The position numbers and the translations under genes were made by a program. Under the pieces are notes generated by a model, which was not told the origin of the DNA, did no database searches, and saw nothing but the letters and a program-made list of their open reading frames with translations. Shown here piece after piece: positions 1-13,600 of a DNA stretch of 64,000 nt (position 1 is the stretch's first letter; every line of letters starts with the position of its first letter). Source of the DNA: Antedon mediterranea (taxonomy: Eukaryota > Animalia > Echinodermata); contig NC_092671.1 of NCBI RefSeq assembly GCF_964355755.1, positions 33,056,304-33,120,303 on the forward strand, read 5' to 3'.

Positions 1-1717
1 CATTCTGTGTAAATGGTCATAAGAAATAACATAGATTCTATTTTTGTGTTTTCCGCTCACCTTCACCGCTTACCGTTACCGCTCGTCTGTGTAAATTGGC
101 CTTTAAGTAGAGAACAAAGTAGTGTACTTAGTAGTAAAGTACCTTGCCCAGACAAAACAGATGGTGGGTACCAGGCTCGAACCTATAACCTTATGATTAT
201 AAGGCCAAAAAACAACAGGTGCCTACTTATTCAATTTCATACAATATGGTGAATGTGAAGTTCTACCATATTTTAAATAGATAGTAATAATAATCATAAA
301 CTTTATATATAAATATTATATATGGGTGTTTCCATAAATTAAGGGGCCAGTGGGTATTTTAGTATTGGTGATAGTTAGTTTGCTGTTTACTCTAAATTGG
401 TAATAGTTATTTAAAAAATGATTTTATCATATGATAGAACAATAATATGGGTTAATACTATTACATGTTGGAAAAAAAAAAATATATCGTGGTGTCTAGC
501 TCATTTTATTAAAATATGTGTGACATTTAAATACACTGACATATCAGAGTTTAAAAAATATACTACAGCAATAGTTATTTTGTATTTATTTATCATCACA
601 ATAGAGTACAAAGCAACGTTAAATATAAGCTAATTACAATTTCCCACGATTTTTTGTTTTCCACACAACGGTCCGCGACGTCCAGCATCACAACGTAACA
701 TTTCGTGTCTCACTTTGTTACGTTGTTAGTACGATCTTTATTAGTGAACAGACACAAGAAGTACCACTATAATGACGAAAATCGAATTACATTCACTACA
801 ACAGATCACTGAAATTTACCTTACACAATGTTCTACAAAATGGCGATTTTATTTAGTCAGTTACAGACGAAAAACTATTTTTTTAGAACATTTCGTGTCT
901 CGTATATTCGTTACGTAGTTATTCATAGACCATCGGTGGTGAACGCCGCGAGAGCTATTTCTGAAGTTGAAGGTCACGTGATTCAAGAAGCAGGCGAACT
1001 AAAGTCTCGGCGAAAAAATCATCGCTAGGATCCGCGCTAATTTCGAGTTACAGCGGTAGAGACTTTTCGTGTCCCTCTGTTACGTTGTTTCAACTGTTAG
1101 TGTTACGTTGTAAATAACTTCTACGCGCTTCATTGCATGTAAGTTTTGTGTATTTTTATTTTGTAAGTTTTTAGAATTTAGAAAATAGTGGGTTATAATG
1201 AAAAATACAAGAAAATTAAACGCCAAAACTATCTTCGTACTCTACGTCAACATCATAGTCAAAAACTGGGTGTCGTATACACAATGAGACACGGTTACGT
1301 TGGTAGTTTGTTGATATTTGTTTTAATGTGGTAGGAATGTTGTTTATCTCATAGCAGCTTCATAATGTATACTAAATAAACAGATATGTCTATAATTGAT
1401 TAATATTTAACAAATTAATGAGCAAAATTGCAAAACATTTTCCACTAGGCAGGTTACAGCGTAACATCGTAGAAGATACGCCGTGTCTTGTTACGTAGTG
1501 TACTAGACCTTATACTGGTGTAGTATTTTGCAAATAATTAGCAATTAGTTACCATAAAATCTTTAAATTTTACATTATGTGTTTGCTATTTGGTTATTGC
1601 TTCTATATGACACAGAAAAATAAAAAGTTATTTAATTATTGTCACAAGAAATAGGGATAAAAGTCCATAGTTTACAACCACTTTCAGAATAAAAACAAAT
1701 TCGTCGTTTTTGACTAT

Positions 1718-4700
1718 TAGTGTAGGCTGGTATGTTGTTTATATGAATGTCGTGTATATTTTTTGTTAAAAGCAAAGTTTGACTTTATTTCATATCTTGA
1801 TAATATAAGTAATGAAAAAAAATATGTTGCCATTTTTTCAAAAGACATTTAAAGGACCAAATTCAAGATGGCCGCCAACATTCAAATAACCCTATTAAAA
1901 ATCAGAATATCACCAATAATACAAATTATGAATGTGGAACAAGTCCGTTTTGATGGTATTACTGTACCCATTATACAATCCTAACTATGTAAAGCGATAA
2001 TATGTCAGCCATCTTGGATTTCAAAATGGCCGCCAATAAAAATTAAATTTTTTAAATAATTTTTTTAAAATCTGTGCATAAATTGTTGTTTGTACACAAT
2101 GTTCTAAAATTGTCACTTCTCACAGGATTGTAAATTGTAAATATAAGGCTCAATGTCCTCTATAACAGATATATAATACCCCACTATGACTATTAAATTA
2201 AATAATCATTCAAAGTTGAAGTTGCAAAAGTATGGAACAAATTAACAATTTATATCAAATATTCAACAACAATTACGTCTAACTAGAGGGTTAGACCTCT
2301 AGTTCGCTCGCTCCCCTCAAGGAAGTGTAAACGAAGGTTCTCGGAAGGATAATGACTCGGGTAAAAAGGTTTTAGAAGGACGTCCTCCTTGTACGTTTTC
2401 TGTTGGTTACCATTATTGAAAATGCTTGACATTCGAAAAACTAAACCTACTCTGTTTCACAGTGTCTTAGATGATTAATAACATTTTAAAGTATAGTGTT
2501 TATTGTTTAATAGGGCGGAGGTGGGGAGGCAGAGTTCATTTGAGGGAGATGCTTATTCGAGGGATTTTTTAGTTTTAATAATATCGTAACATTTATAATC
2601 AAATAAAATCCTCTAATAGATATGAAAAGTGGTAAAAAATTACAACAAATGCTTGGTAAATTATAGTTAACAGTGTAATGAATTCTATTATAAATAGTAT
2701 ATACAATATTGTGTGTATAATTAATGTAGATGGGCGTCTATTAGATAGTTGGGTAGGTGGGGGGAGGGGGGGGGGGTGTAGGCGATTATTATTCAAAGTG
2801 ATGTTTTATTGGGGAGCCGTTTATTCAAATAAATACCATCATAATACATTATTTCATTTAAACATCTTTTGAAACTAACTTCCGCGACAGTGTAGGCCGT
2901 TTCGGCCCAAGAAGGAAGATGTTTTTAGACTGCTTGCAATATGGGCCCTAATGGGACACAGATATAAAACTTGGTTATCGGGATTTAATTTTTTAACTAC
3001 TGTACCTTCACACGCGCGGTCCGATCCGAAAATAAACAAAAAACTAAAATAGCTATAGCCACTAACGACCAACTTAACTGAAACCAGGTAGTTGCAAGGT
3101 GAACCTGTGAACTCATCGTGAACCCGGAAATTACTTTGACCGCGTACAATTGAAATTGAGTTAAAAATCTACCGATGAATCAGAAATTTTGTTTTAAAAC
3201 TCTTTATAATATATTCCTAAGATAGAAATATGGAACAATATCGTAATAGTGAAAACTGTTTTACATTTCGCGGTACACCTGAGATAGTTCAGGTAGGTAT
3301 CCAAGGCAGAAAGTTGTTCCAAAGTTTTTCCATTGTGCTCGCCTATGTCAGAATTAACAATAATTTATATATAGATTCTAAATTACAGATCTCATTTCTT
3401 TTCATGAAACTGAAACTTGACAGGAGACAGGACCACAATATAAAACAAGTGCATTTATACCTTATTGTGAAATCCTGTATAAATATGTTAAATAATAAAT
3501 GCGTTATTGCTATGTAATTCAATGTCTGAACCTTCAGGGCCATAGTCACCAGTATGGTTGGTAAGTTTTCAACCTGTCAACTTTTGGCAGAAGCTTGAAG
3601 GAAATACAGATAAAGCTCTGCCTATAAATAACCTTGTAAATGAATGAACTCCTACTTCTCATCTTCTACAATCTCAACCAATTTCATTAGATATGTACCC
3701 CCTACAGACAGACCAGCATTATACACTGGTTTGATGAGTGCACATGGTTGTGGTATAAAAACTCATGTACTAGGGAAAGACAAGAATGCCTGGTGATGAC
3801 TCTTGCCCAAGATGAGTGGAGGTGGACAGAGATGACATCAAAAAGCAATTATTATGTCGACCCGGTGAACTATATGGCTTTTGGACATGTAGCATTGTGA
3901 AAATAGTGTTGAGGCATGTGCTTTTGTTGAAACTGAACTTGTATTACCTATACAACCAGTGACACAAATCGGGACACAAATGGAAAACATCTGTAAAGGA
4001 CAAAAGCACACTAATTCTGCTTTCTCTCTACAACTTGCTTCTACAAATGCAGACGGAGAAAGAGATTCTAAGTTAAGTATCGTTTTGTTTGAAAGAGGCT
4101 GATCATAAAGATATTAACTTGAATACAGAGAGTTGACGAAATCTAAATGATGTGGTTAAACTATATCCCTATATATGTATATGAGAGGACATGTATGTGT
4201 GGGACTTGCTGGATTTACATCAATTGATCAGGGTCATTGAGCGTGGTATCATTGGAATAACACAAAATAATGATTTCATCAGAGCTGGCAAATCTAGTTA
4301 ACATTTAAAGAGAGATGATATCCCGATTAATGAAGAATGCTGCAATTCGCACAAAGGTGTTTGTTGGTCATGGCATGAAATTGGACAGAAAATGTTTGAG
4401 GCATTGGTAAAAGTCTTGTAGAAGGCAAACTGTCTATATGGGATCCTAAGAAAAAGACGAATATTGGCAAAAAATATATATGACGGTGAATACAGGTGAC
4501 AAACTTATCAAAGTAAAAGAAGACTCCTATAGAGATTATTTGCCGGTGAAATGAGGTATTGCAGTTATTTTGCCAATTTGTTTCTGAACAAGGTTGTTGG
4601 GAACGCAGATCAGTCTGTGGAAGTTTGATGGATACAGTAGAGAACGAAGGAAGGTCAACTTACTGTATCGCATTCAAGATTAGAAATATTTCATTGAAGG

Positions 4701-5214
4701 ACTTTGGCAGAGTTAGTTGTCATTTAACTGAAGAAGTTTATGAGATGGTTTAATATGAAGAAGTGTACAGTCAGTACTATAGACCTCCTGATGGTCAACA
4801 TTTTGTGTTAATCACCATGTTGTTGTCATAAGCATATCATTTTATGTGATTTCAATCAATGTCATAACTTACACATGTTTTAATAAGAAATTTAATCCAT
4901 TTTAAAAAAATGGCAGCCATTTTGAAATTCAAAATGTCAGAATACTAATAAATATAGGTTTATAATAATTCTTATATAGCAGAGAACCCATATGAACTTA
5001 AAATATTATTCATAATGGGTGTTACTTTGTCCAATATGGTAAATTTATTGGATATTTTACGTATTGGCGGCCATCTTGGATTTGACACCCTTAAGCTTTT
5101 TTTAAAAAATGGCAACATATTTTTTTCATTACTTTACATCCTAAAGACACTAAATCAGCTGGAATTTTGCTTTTAACAAAAAAATGACACGAAATTACAT
5201 AGTGGCCTACACTA
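1718..5214 (+). mobile_element. Decayed Academ DNA transposon nested in the Sola2-like element
   Basis: TAGTGTAGGC...GCCTACACTA termini, long imperfect TIRs with AAGATGGCCGCC motifs, 3-bp TSD TAT, internal transposase remnants. Confidence 0.8.
3690..4560 (+). pseudogene. Fragmented Academ transposase
   Basis: Frameshifted peptide remnants resembling Academ transposase motifs as I recall them: RPGEL (3858), NGKHL (3979), IDQGH...GIIGITQN (about 4220-4270), EGKLSIWDP (about 4420), GDKLIKVKED (about 4495). Confidence 0.65.
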
Positions 5215-5694
5215 TATTCTATTTGTTACAGTAGGAAAAAAAAGAATTGTATTTGGTTCATTTCAGTTATAATAAAAAACATATTACACAAAATAATGTG
5301 TAATATTAGTACATAATTTTGTTTATTTATTTAACGTTGCTATTCGACAAGATAAAATATGAATTAAATGTTTACTATAATATACATTTAAAATACCCTC
5401 CACTATAGTGAGCGAGTCCAAGCAACTTGGTTGTCGCGTATGCGCGCCTATCATATTTGGGCGATTTCACTTGATGTGTAGGGAATATTTAACTTGTTTC
5501 AATTACAATCTACGGAAGATATACTAAGGTTTTATAAATTTAATAATAATTAATAACTTTATTTAAATTGATAAAAACAATTACATATAATATAAACGCA
5601 AGGCTGTGGATAACAATTTATTATGAACGAAATCAAATCAAAACAACAAAGAACAATAGGTTCTCCTAATAGTAATAGGATAGTATGGGCAATG

Positions 5695-6210
5695 AACTCT
5701 GCTCCACATTGCGATAAGTTTATTTTTAGCTGGCTCGGCGACTCCGAAGCTGAAAGGGGTGACTGGTATTTCTACAGGTCTGTACGATAATTATTAAGGG
5801 TTTTCCGAAATATCACGTGCTTGGCTAATGAGCTCTCCTCCACATTGAGATCGCGTTTATTTTTTAGCTGACTCGGCGACTCCGGCGGTATTTCTACAGC
5901 GAGAGTGTATATACTCCATGTACGATGATTATTAATAGGGTTTTCCGAAACACCACGTGCTTGGCTAATAAAATTCTCCTCCAAATTGAGATCGCGTTTA
6001 TTTTTAGCTGTTCAGTTTGATGGACCTTTATTTTTTAATTTTTATTGAAAACCAACGTGATTGCTGGCTCGGCGACTCCCGGTGCTCAAATTGGGTGACT
6101 GGTATTATTTCGGTCATGGTTCGGTGAACCTTTATTTTGTTGGCCAAAACCCACACGCTTGCTTCGTCGGCTCCCTACAAAGAGATCGCGCTTAGTTTAA
6201 TGGGGAACCT
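5695..6210. repeat. Degenerate ~140-bp tandem units (GAGATCGCGTTTATTTTTAGCTGGCTCGGCGACTCC core)
   Basis: Core or part of it recurs near 5720, 5848, 5988, 6063 and 6182. Confidence 0.7.
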
Positions 6211-7189
6211 TTATTTACTCTTTGTTTTAAATATATTCCATAGACTTCAACATTATAACTAGTCTACTGTTTTCCCGATGTGGTTTAAAAACAATTATAA
6301 AAGAATGAGAAATAAAGTCAACAGACATTTTACAACATTTAAAAATAATACGTAAAAAACATTTATACCCAGTATAACTAAGACAAAATTATCAGTAACA
6401 TATTAATTTTATTTTAATAATAAAATGATAATAATAAATATTTGATGAATAAAATTAATATTTTAAACTAATAATCTGAAAAGAAAGCAATAGTTTTAGT
6501 CAAATCAATTTATGAGCATAACTCAAGAAAGACAAATATATACAGTGTTCATTTATTGTTTTATAATTAATAATAATAAATATTATAATCCATCAACATA
6601 AGATAAGAAAACACTTTCTTTAGTATAGTAGGCCTAACATATTTTATAATAATAATAGATATATTTATTTTTATTTAAATTGGTATAATTTATATTAAAA
6701 ATACTTAATTATATACTTTATATTTCTATATGATGATGAATCAAATTTAACCCAGATGGGCAAATCTAATGTTTCATTGTCATTTTTTTCATCTATACAG
6801 ATCAGCAGTTTATCAACAATGTTACCATTCCAATTGAGAACTGCATTTAACCCCAAAAATAGAGATGCCGCATCAACAAAAAGACCAACCAAAGAAACAT
6901 CAGCCCACAGACGGTTCTCGAATATACAGTAATTTCAGCGTAAAAAAAAATTACATAACTGAAATTAAATTATTAAACAGGGTTACATCAGGTGGTTAAA
7001 ATCAGCACTGAAAGTACGAACCAACTTTATATACCATTGAGTAAACATTTTAGAAGTAATGCGCGATTTACCAAATTTTTCCCTCACGTAAATTTATATA
7101 GATTATACGTTTTAATGATTGAACAAGAGTGTTAATGCGAAGTATATCCAAATGTATTCTCAATGATTTTACTGTAAATGACTATTAAT

Positions 7190-7884
7190 AGTATATTTTA
7201 GCAGTTTGTTGTGTGCAGTAGTAATTACAGTTGTCACACTTTAAAAAGAATGTAGTAGTTCTTGTTGACTTATTTAAGTGAACTATTTGGTGTCTCTGTT
7301 ACACGTGAAAACTTCAATTTTTTATTGCATGAATTATATTGTTTTATTGATTAAAAGATAGTATTTGATATACTATTTTTACCAGTTTATCAATTGTATG
7401 CAGTAGTAACCACATTTGTTACACTTTAAAAATGGCTGCATATCAAAACCATTTCATAAAACATTGTGACGAGTTAAAGTGAACATTTGGTGTCTCCGTT
7501 ACACGTGAAATCTTCCATTTATATTTCATGAACCATATTGTTTTATTTCCACATGGAGGTATGATCCTGATTTGACTTGTTGCTAGTAAATGTATATACT
7601 TGAGGTATATTCTGTTCATTTCTGTATTGTTTACATGTAATTTTTAAACAGCAGTGACTTTACAAATCTTTTATATAGAAATTAAGTCAACTTTAACGGC
7701 TTTGCATAATTATTTCATAAGCTATTTTTTAAATTTGAAAAGGTGTGATTTAAATAATATTTTTCTGCATTGAAGATGTTCCCAAAAGCTATTTAAAAAT
7801 CCAATTTAAACAGTTTTAGGTTATTAATAATAACTTATAAGAGGGGTAGATAATGTGATTTTGGTGTCTCCGTTACACGTGAAA
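7190..7884. repeat. Subterminal direct repeats of the Sola2-like element
   Basis: TTTGGTGTCTC(T/C)GTTACACGTGAAA at about 7286, 7486 and 7860; related TTTCGTGTCTC and GTTACGTTG motifs at 700-1500. Confidence 0.75.
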
Positions 7885-8985
7885 TTTGCTATGCATGTTG
7901 ATGCTATATAAATGCTGTTACATAGAGACAACAGATTTAATGTGTATTTTGCTTCTTTTTTTTAGTTCAAGTACATGATATACTATTTAGAATTGATTAT
8001 TAGACTTAGAATGTCACTTTGAAATTCTGACCCTAATGTCACACCTTGGCCCCTTTATTTATGGAAACACCCATATAAGTACCTCTATTATAATTTTGTA
8101 ATTTATGGGCAGGCCAAAACATATTGCGAATAAAGTTTTCTATCATTAATTTATTGTTTTAAAATTAATGAATCTGGGAGACTCATATTTATTAATTAGA
8201 CAAAACAGTTTCTTAAAAGTAGAGCCACCAATAGTGGGACTGTGGTTTGGTGTTTGATTACCAATCCCAGAGTAGTTGGTTCAAATCCTGTCATAACTTT
8301 AATTTTTTTTTCTGACGCCAAATACAGTACACGATTGGTTTAAAAAGCTTGGGATTCACATTCCTAATAAGATATACTGTAGCAATTTAAGACATAAAAA
8401 AACTTGGATCGAAAAAAAATAAGATTTTAATTTAACTTGATTAAAACTACTGTACAACATGGCCTATTCAAAATGTTATTTTATTCATCTTAATGTTTGT
8501 GTTTAGAGGACAGTACATCTTAGCCTTACACTGTATTTTATGCCATTATTAGGTTTTACAAAACTAAACATCCAAGATGGATACTATTTTCAAATTACCT
8601 AAAAATCGTTCTACATTTCCAAGATCAACAGATCAATGACATCTACCTGTCAATCACATACTTGTCAATCGACATGCCAATCAATAGCATCATCTTTAAA
8701 TTACTCTTTATGCTAATCTATCAAGTGTCAATGATTTCAAATTTGAGAGCCAAAAGATGTCATGTTTGAAAAATCAATCAAAAGCTTTAACAGAATAATC
8801 GGTTGGTTTTTTAGATCAGTCAGCGTAAGTCGTTAATCTCTTTCAAAGTGATAGGATTTTGAATTCTTAATTAAATATTTTATTTAATATCAAGGATTTA
8901 AAGAACTAGAAATGCACCCATCTGTGACATGTACACTTGGTTTCATGTGTGTTGAAGCGCTCAATGCGCCACACTGGTGGATCCA

Positions 8986-9160
8986 GTGGCTGTATTCACT
9001 AATCACACTTAAGTGAGATATTTTCCTTAAATATTAAGTATTTCACTTAACTCAATGAATATTTAAGTATTCCCTAAAATTGTATTCACTCAGATAGGAG
9101 AATTAATTTTAAGGTTAAGTGTTTCCCTTAGCCTTAGCCTGTAAATGTGAATACGGCCAC
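8986..9160. mobile_element. MITE, PIF/Harbinger-like
   Basis: TIR GTGGCTGTATTCAC / GTGAATACGGCCAC, internal TTAAGT repeats. Confidence 0.55.
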
Positions 9161-10491
9161 AAGATTTTAAAATAGGAAATGAATAAAATTGTTAATGTTT
9201 TGCATTTGATTTTTCAAAATTCAGGAAGGCCACACCAAATTAATTCACCTATTCAGCATTTTTAAAGGCATCTCAACGGTGTGCTCATTGAATAAAAAAG
9301 ACAATACTTTAACCAATCCTAGCACACACATCGATTCCAAATAAAATACATTTATAGAATAGAAAATAAAGCTTATATCTTGCTCTTTGAAGAAAATGGA
9401 CTAGAATGGGTTTATCCAGGAAAGCTAGGCAAGAAATAGATTTAAATCAAATCTTAATCAATAAAGTATCTTTAAAGTTTAGTACGTAAAGTTAGTATTA
9501 GGTAAAATATGAACATTGTCCAATCAAGCTGTATGGCAAAGAATGTATTTTACTCTTTTAAACAGAAAATAAGCCAAACTACAGACAGCACTATTATGTC
9601 TATATTTCAATATTAGTTTTTTTTATTTCCAGAAAATGAGATGCTTTAGTCGTAAACAAATTGAATTAAATGTTACCTTGTTATGGTATTAAATTAGAAT
9701 TTCAAATTTATCTAAAGCACTCAACTACTAACTAAATATCAAAATAGGGTAATGATGGCCGTGATAAAATCAAAACTCAGTTATTGCAAATGCAAAATTA
9801 ATATTATACATATCACAATCTGTAATTGATACTTATGAACTAAGCTAGGTAGGATATTTTAATATAATTAATACATAGTCTCAATGATTTAAAATTATTA
9901 AGATAATATATTTGAGTTATTACAAATGAGACATAATATTCCACATCCATGTGAAGTGAAATATTCTTGCTTCTTGCTTCCGACAATAAATTTAAATCGT
10001 TTCAGAATTTTAAGAGAGTATGATAATTTGAAGAAGAAACTAAGTACAACAATTGATAGGTATACATAATGTATTGTGTAGATGAGGCTACAGAGAAGTA
10101 TAGATTACCAACGTTTAGTACAGTGAGCCTAGGATCATTTGGATAGCTTACTGGATATTATCAGCCTAGCAGTACAATAAATCTGAAGATGCTTATGCTG
10201 AATACAATCTTTTGCTTAAGTGAAAATAGTTAAGAAGTGCTTAAGTAAGAAACTGAGAATTTATTTCATTTATGGTTCTTTTTATCCTATGGAAAGGATT
10301 TTGTTATCTAAGATAAAAAAGAGTTATTTTCTTTAGTTACTGACTTAAGCAACATTTTTGACTTAAACAACAATAAGGATTGATTTTTTTAATAAGCAAG
10401 CTTGACAATCCTGACCCCTGTGTGTTAAAAGAATCTACTGAACAGAATCATCTACAGTGTAAAAAAATATGAATAGTATTGTACAACTTAC

Positions 10492-10601
10492 CTTTTGTGA
10501 GTTACTGTCCGGTTGTGTGTCTTTCTCGTTACTGGTTCCGTTCTCCGGGTGCTTTTCATTGTTGTGAACATCATCTTCCATTTTAAACATCTTTATAGCA
10601 T
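10492..10601 (-). CDS. IKZF1: Ikaros-like exon ([37 protein letters not shown])
   Basis: Acceptor ccaaacag|ATGC, donor AAAG|gtaagt; 110 bp, phase 1 to 0, in frame with the preceding exon. Confidence 0.8.
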
Positions 10602-13600
10602 CTGTTTGGGGAGAGAAAACACGTTTCATTTGATGTGATTTTGCGTGTGTGCCCGCTGCAGACATACATTCAGGTCAGGCGAACAAAACTGTATGCAGTG
10701 TACAATATATCTCACATCCTAAACTACAGTCAGGATATTATTTTATCTGCGCCGAAAATGAATTTAGGTCGTAGCGAAATTTAGAAAATACTGGAAGTGT
10801 TTAATCAAAATTGTTAGCAGGCTAGACATGGGCGCTAACATAACGACAGTCACACTGGCCAACCTGTTACCTCAAATTATTAACAACAATTTTTGTTTTT
10901 ATGAATTGTTAATAAGTTAAGTTCATAATTTATAATTATTGCCATGTTTTCAGTTATAATCATAATTAGATCTAAATTTCAACTTTTAATTTACTACAAA
11001 ATTGCTTAATTAATTTACGGATCGATAATTGTTATTGACATAGTCACGGGACAAACAGACGTAGTTTTGAAAGTTCTTGGCTAATCTGTCTACTAGACAG
11101 CAACCAACTGCGTTGTGTGCATACGCGTACAACCTCAATAAAGCTTTAACCTATGACCTTAAATAATCATTTAAAAGCACTTATCAAATATAAAAAATAT
11201 AATTTCATTAAGAATTTCAAACAGACTTGTGTTTTAATTAAATTTATAAAAGTGAGGAATGTAGATAAGGGTCAATTAGATAAATGTCATTTACGATTTG
11301 TAACGATGATGTCAACAAATTTAAAATAAATTTTTAATATGGATTAAGATGAATTAATATTAAATGTATAATAAATGATTCAGTATTAAATAGATTACCA
11401 AATTTATCTAATCACCACAAAAAATGTCACTATATTTAAGGTTGCTATACTTACGCAAACAAATACGTATATGTCTAGTTTAATTGCTTAAGCTATACTT
11501 GCTGGAATTTTAACCTAATCATATTGGTGACTGTGGGCTTAGTTTAAACAGTAAATAGGTATACAAATCTTATTTCTTTTGCATACTAACCTGGATTACG
11601 AACGGGGGTGGAGCTTTTTCGTTTCGAGTGTTCACGGTCCGAGTTTGTCAGGTGGTCATCATTCATTACATGATGGTCAGCTATCCGATATCCAATATGG
11701 ATGTTATTTCGATCCAGCTGCGTTTCGTCATAAAATATTGGCGCCATTGTCGGCTCTGTTTGTAAGGCAAGGGGAGAGGCCATCTGGTCTCTGGAAGGGC
11801 ATTTCTTCATGTGATCACGCAACGAGGCCTTTTGCTTGTAGGCCAATCCACACCAGATGCAAATGTGTGTTTTATCACTCGAGTGAGTCTGTACATGGGC
11901 CATTAACGCATCACGCCGACGTGCTCCGTAGGGGCATAGATGGCATTTATATGGTTTCTCTTCTGAGTGTGTTTTTATATGTCTAGTCAGGTTGCCCTTT
12001 TGTGAAAAAGCAAATCCACAAATGTGACATTTGTGGGGTCTGTCCCCTGAAACATACAAAACAAAAATAAATTAAAAACAATACAAATTAAAGTCTGATT
12101 GTAAACTTTAGTGAATACTTCTAAATAATGTTGGGTATATAAGCCCATGTATAAACTCAGTCTGACGTATAAGCCCATCCTATAAATTTGCTTGCAAAAT
12201 GATATATGCCATACCAATTTTGATTTTAGATGCCAAACTTGATCCAATGTCATGTTGGTATGTATGGCCTACACAAGCAATAGAAAATTCAATTACGAAA
12301 TAAAAAATAGAAGTGTTGAACAAAATTAGACATAAGAGAATGGTGGTGAAGATGCTTGCCTTTGAATTGCAAAATAATTATTTCTTCAATAATAATAAGA
12401 GTACTACTTAAAGCTATCTGAATTCTGTAGATATTCTATTTTACTTGTATAGGGGAAAACAATAAAAGCTACATGGTTTTAGGTTATGACAGATTAAATA
12501 CAGTAATAGAAGTGCGTGTCTGTATCATTCTTCACCATCCGTATGTTTACATAATGATTTACCGGCTGACAAATTCAATTCATTACCTAATTAATGAATA
12601 ATGGATAGATAGTAATTGAGTCATCAGCAAAATAATTGTGTTTTACTTTGTTTATCCAGTCACAACAATTGATATGATATAGGAATAGACAATGGTGTAT
12701 AAAGTAATACAATAAAATTAACAAACTGAAGTAGAATGGTTGTAAGCCCACCGATAGTGTATAGGCCCACCATGTATATTAGGTCTATCCTGGGTATTAA
12801 GTCCACCCTGGGTATTAAGTCCACCCTGGGTATTAAGTCCACCCTGGGTATATTAAGTGTACCATGGGTATTAAGTCCACACGAAGTATATTAAGTCCAC
12901 CCTGGGTATTAAGTCCACACCAAGTATATTAAGTCTATCCTGGGTATTAAGTCCACACCAAGTATATTAAGTGTACCATGGGTATTAAGTCCACACCAAG
13001 TATATTAAGTCCACCCTGGGTATTAAGTCCACACCAAGTATATTAAGTCTATCCTGGGTATTAAGTCCACACCAAGTAATATTAAGTCTTTAAGTTCACC
13101 CTGGGTATTAAGTCTACACGAAAGTCTACAATTCCAACCTAGACATTTAATAATAATATAAAGTTTTTATATAGCGCTTAAGTAACTTATATAAGAAAAG
13201 TTAGATTATAATATTATATTAATATGAAATTACATAAATGAAAGTTAAAAAATGATGACAAAAATGAAAAGACCTGTATACTTCACTAAAAAATCTGATT
13301 CCTTATTTTAACATTTTTTTTTATTTATCTACAGTACCACCAGCCACAATCAAATTGAAATAAGCCACATACTAATTATAATACACATCTGTTTGCACTA
13401 GTCTACTCCTAGTTATTATTCATTGATGACCATATAAGTATGATAATATCATTATCATTATTATCACACATGTATATTAGTATAGTAGGTAGATCATTTT
13501 ATTTTGTTAATGATTATTTTACTTGATATCGATGTTGATAACTTCAGGAAAGAATGGTTTTTATATCTGTAGAGACAAGCACCCTCATTTCCACTTGTGG

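Larger units (their letters stand above)
324..8072. mobile_element. Large non-autonomous DNA transposon, Sola2-like (GGG...CCC termini, ATAT TSD)
   Basis: 26-bp TIR GGGTGTTTCCATAAAT(T/A)AAGGGGCCA starting at 324 and ending at 8072 (1 mismatch); ATAT at 320-323 and 8073-8076; internal subterminal repeats; no intact transposase ORF. Confidence 0.7.

Noticed and set aside
3230-3517. 95-aa ORF inside the Academ element
   Set aside because: No recognisable motif; the transposase-like remnants lie downstream and are frameshifted
8225-8300. tRNA-like segment with GGTTCAAATCC (similar remnant at 160-225)
   Set aside because: No foldable cloverleaf; decayed SINE or tRNA heads
11579-11986. 135-aa plus-strand ORF
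   Set aside because: Antisense shadow of the zinc-finger exon; the same applies to 22419..22715
12660-12842. [15 protein letters not shown]
   Set aside because: Translation of an 18-bp minisatellite
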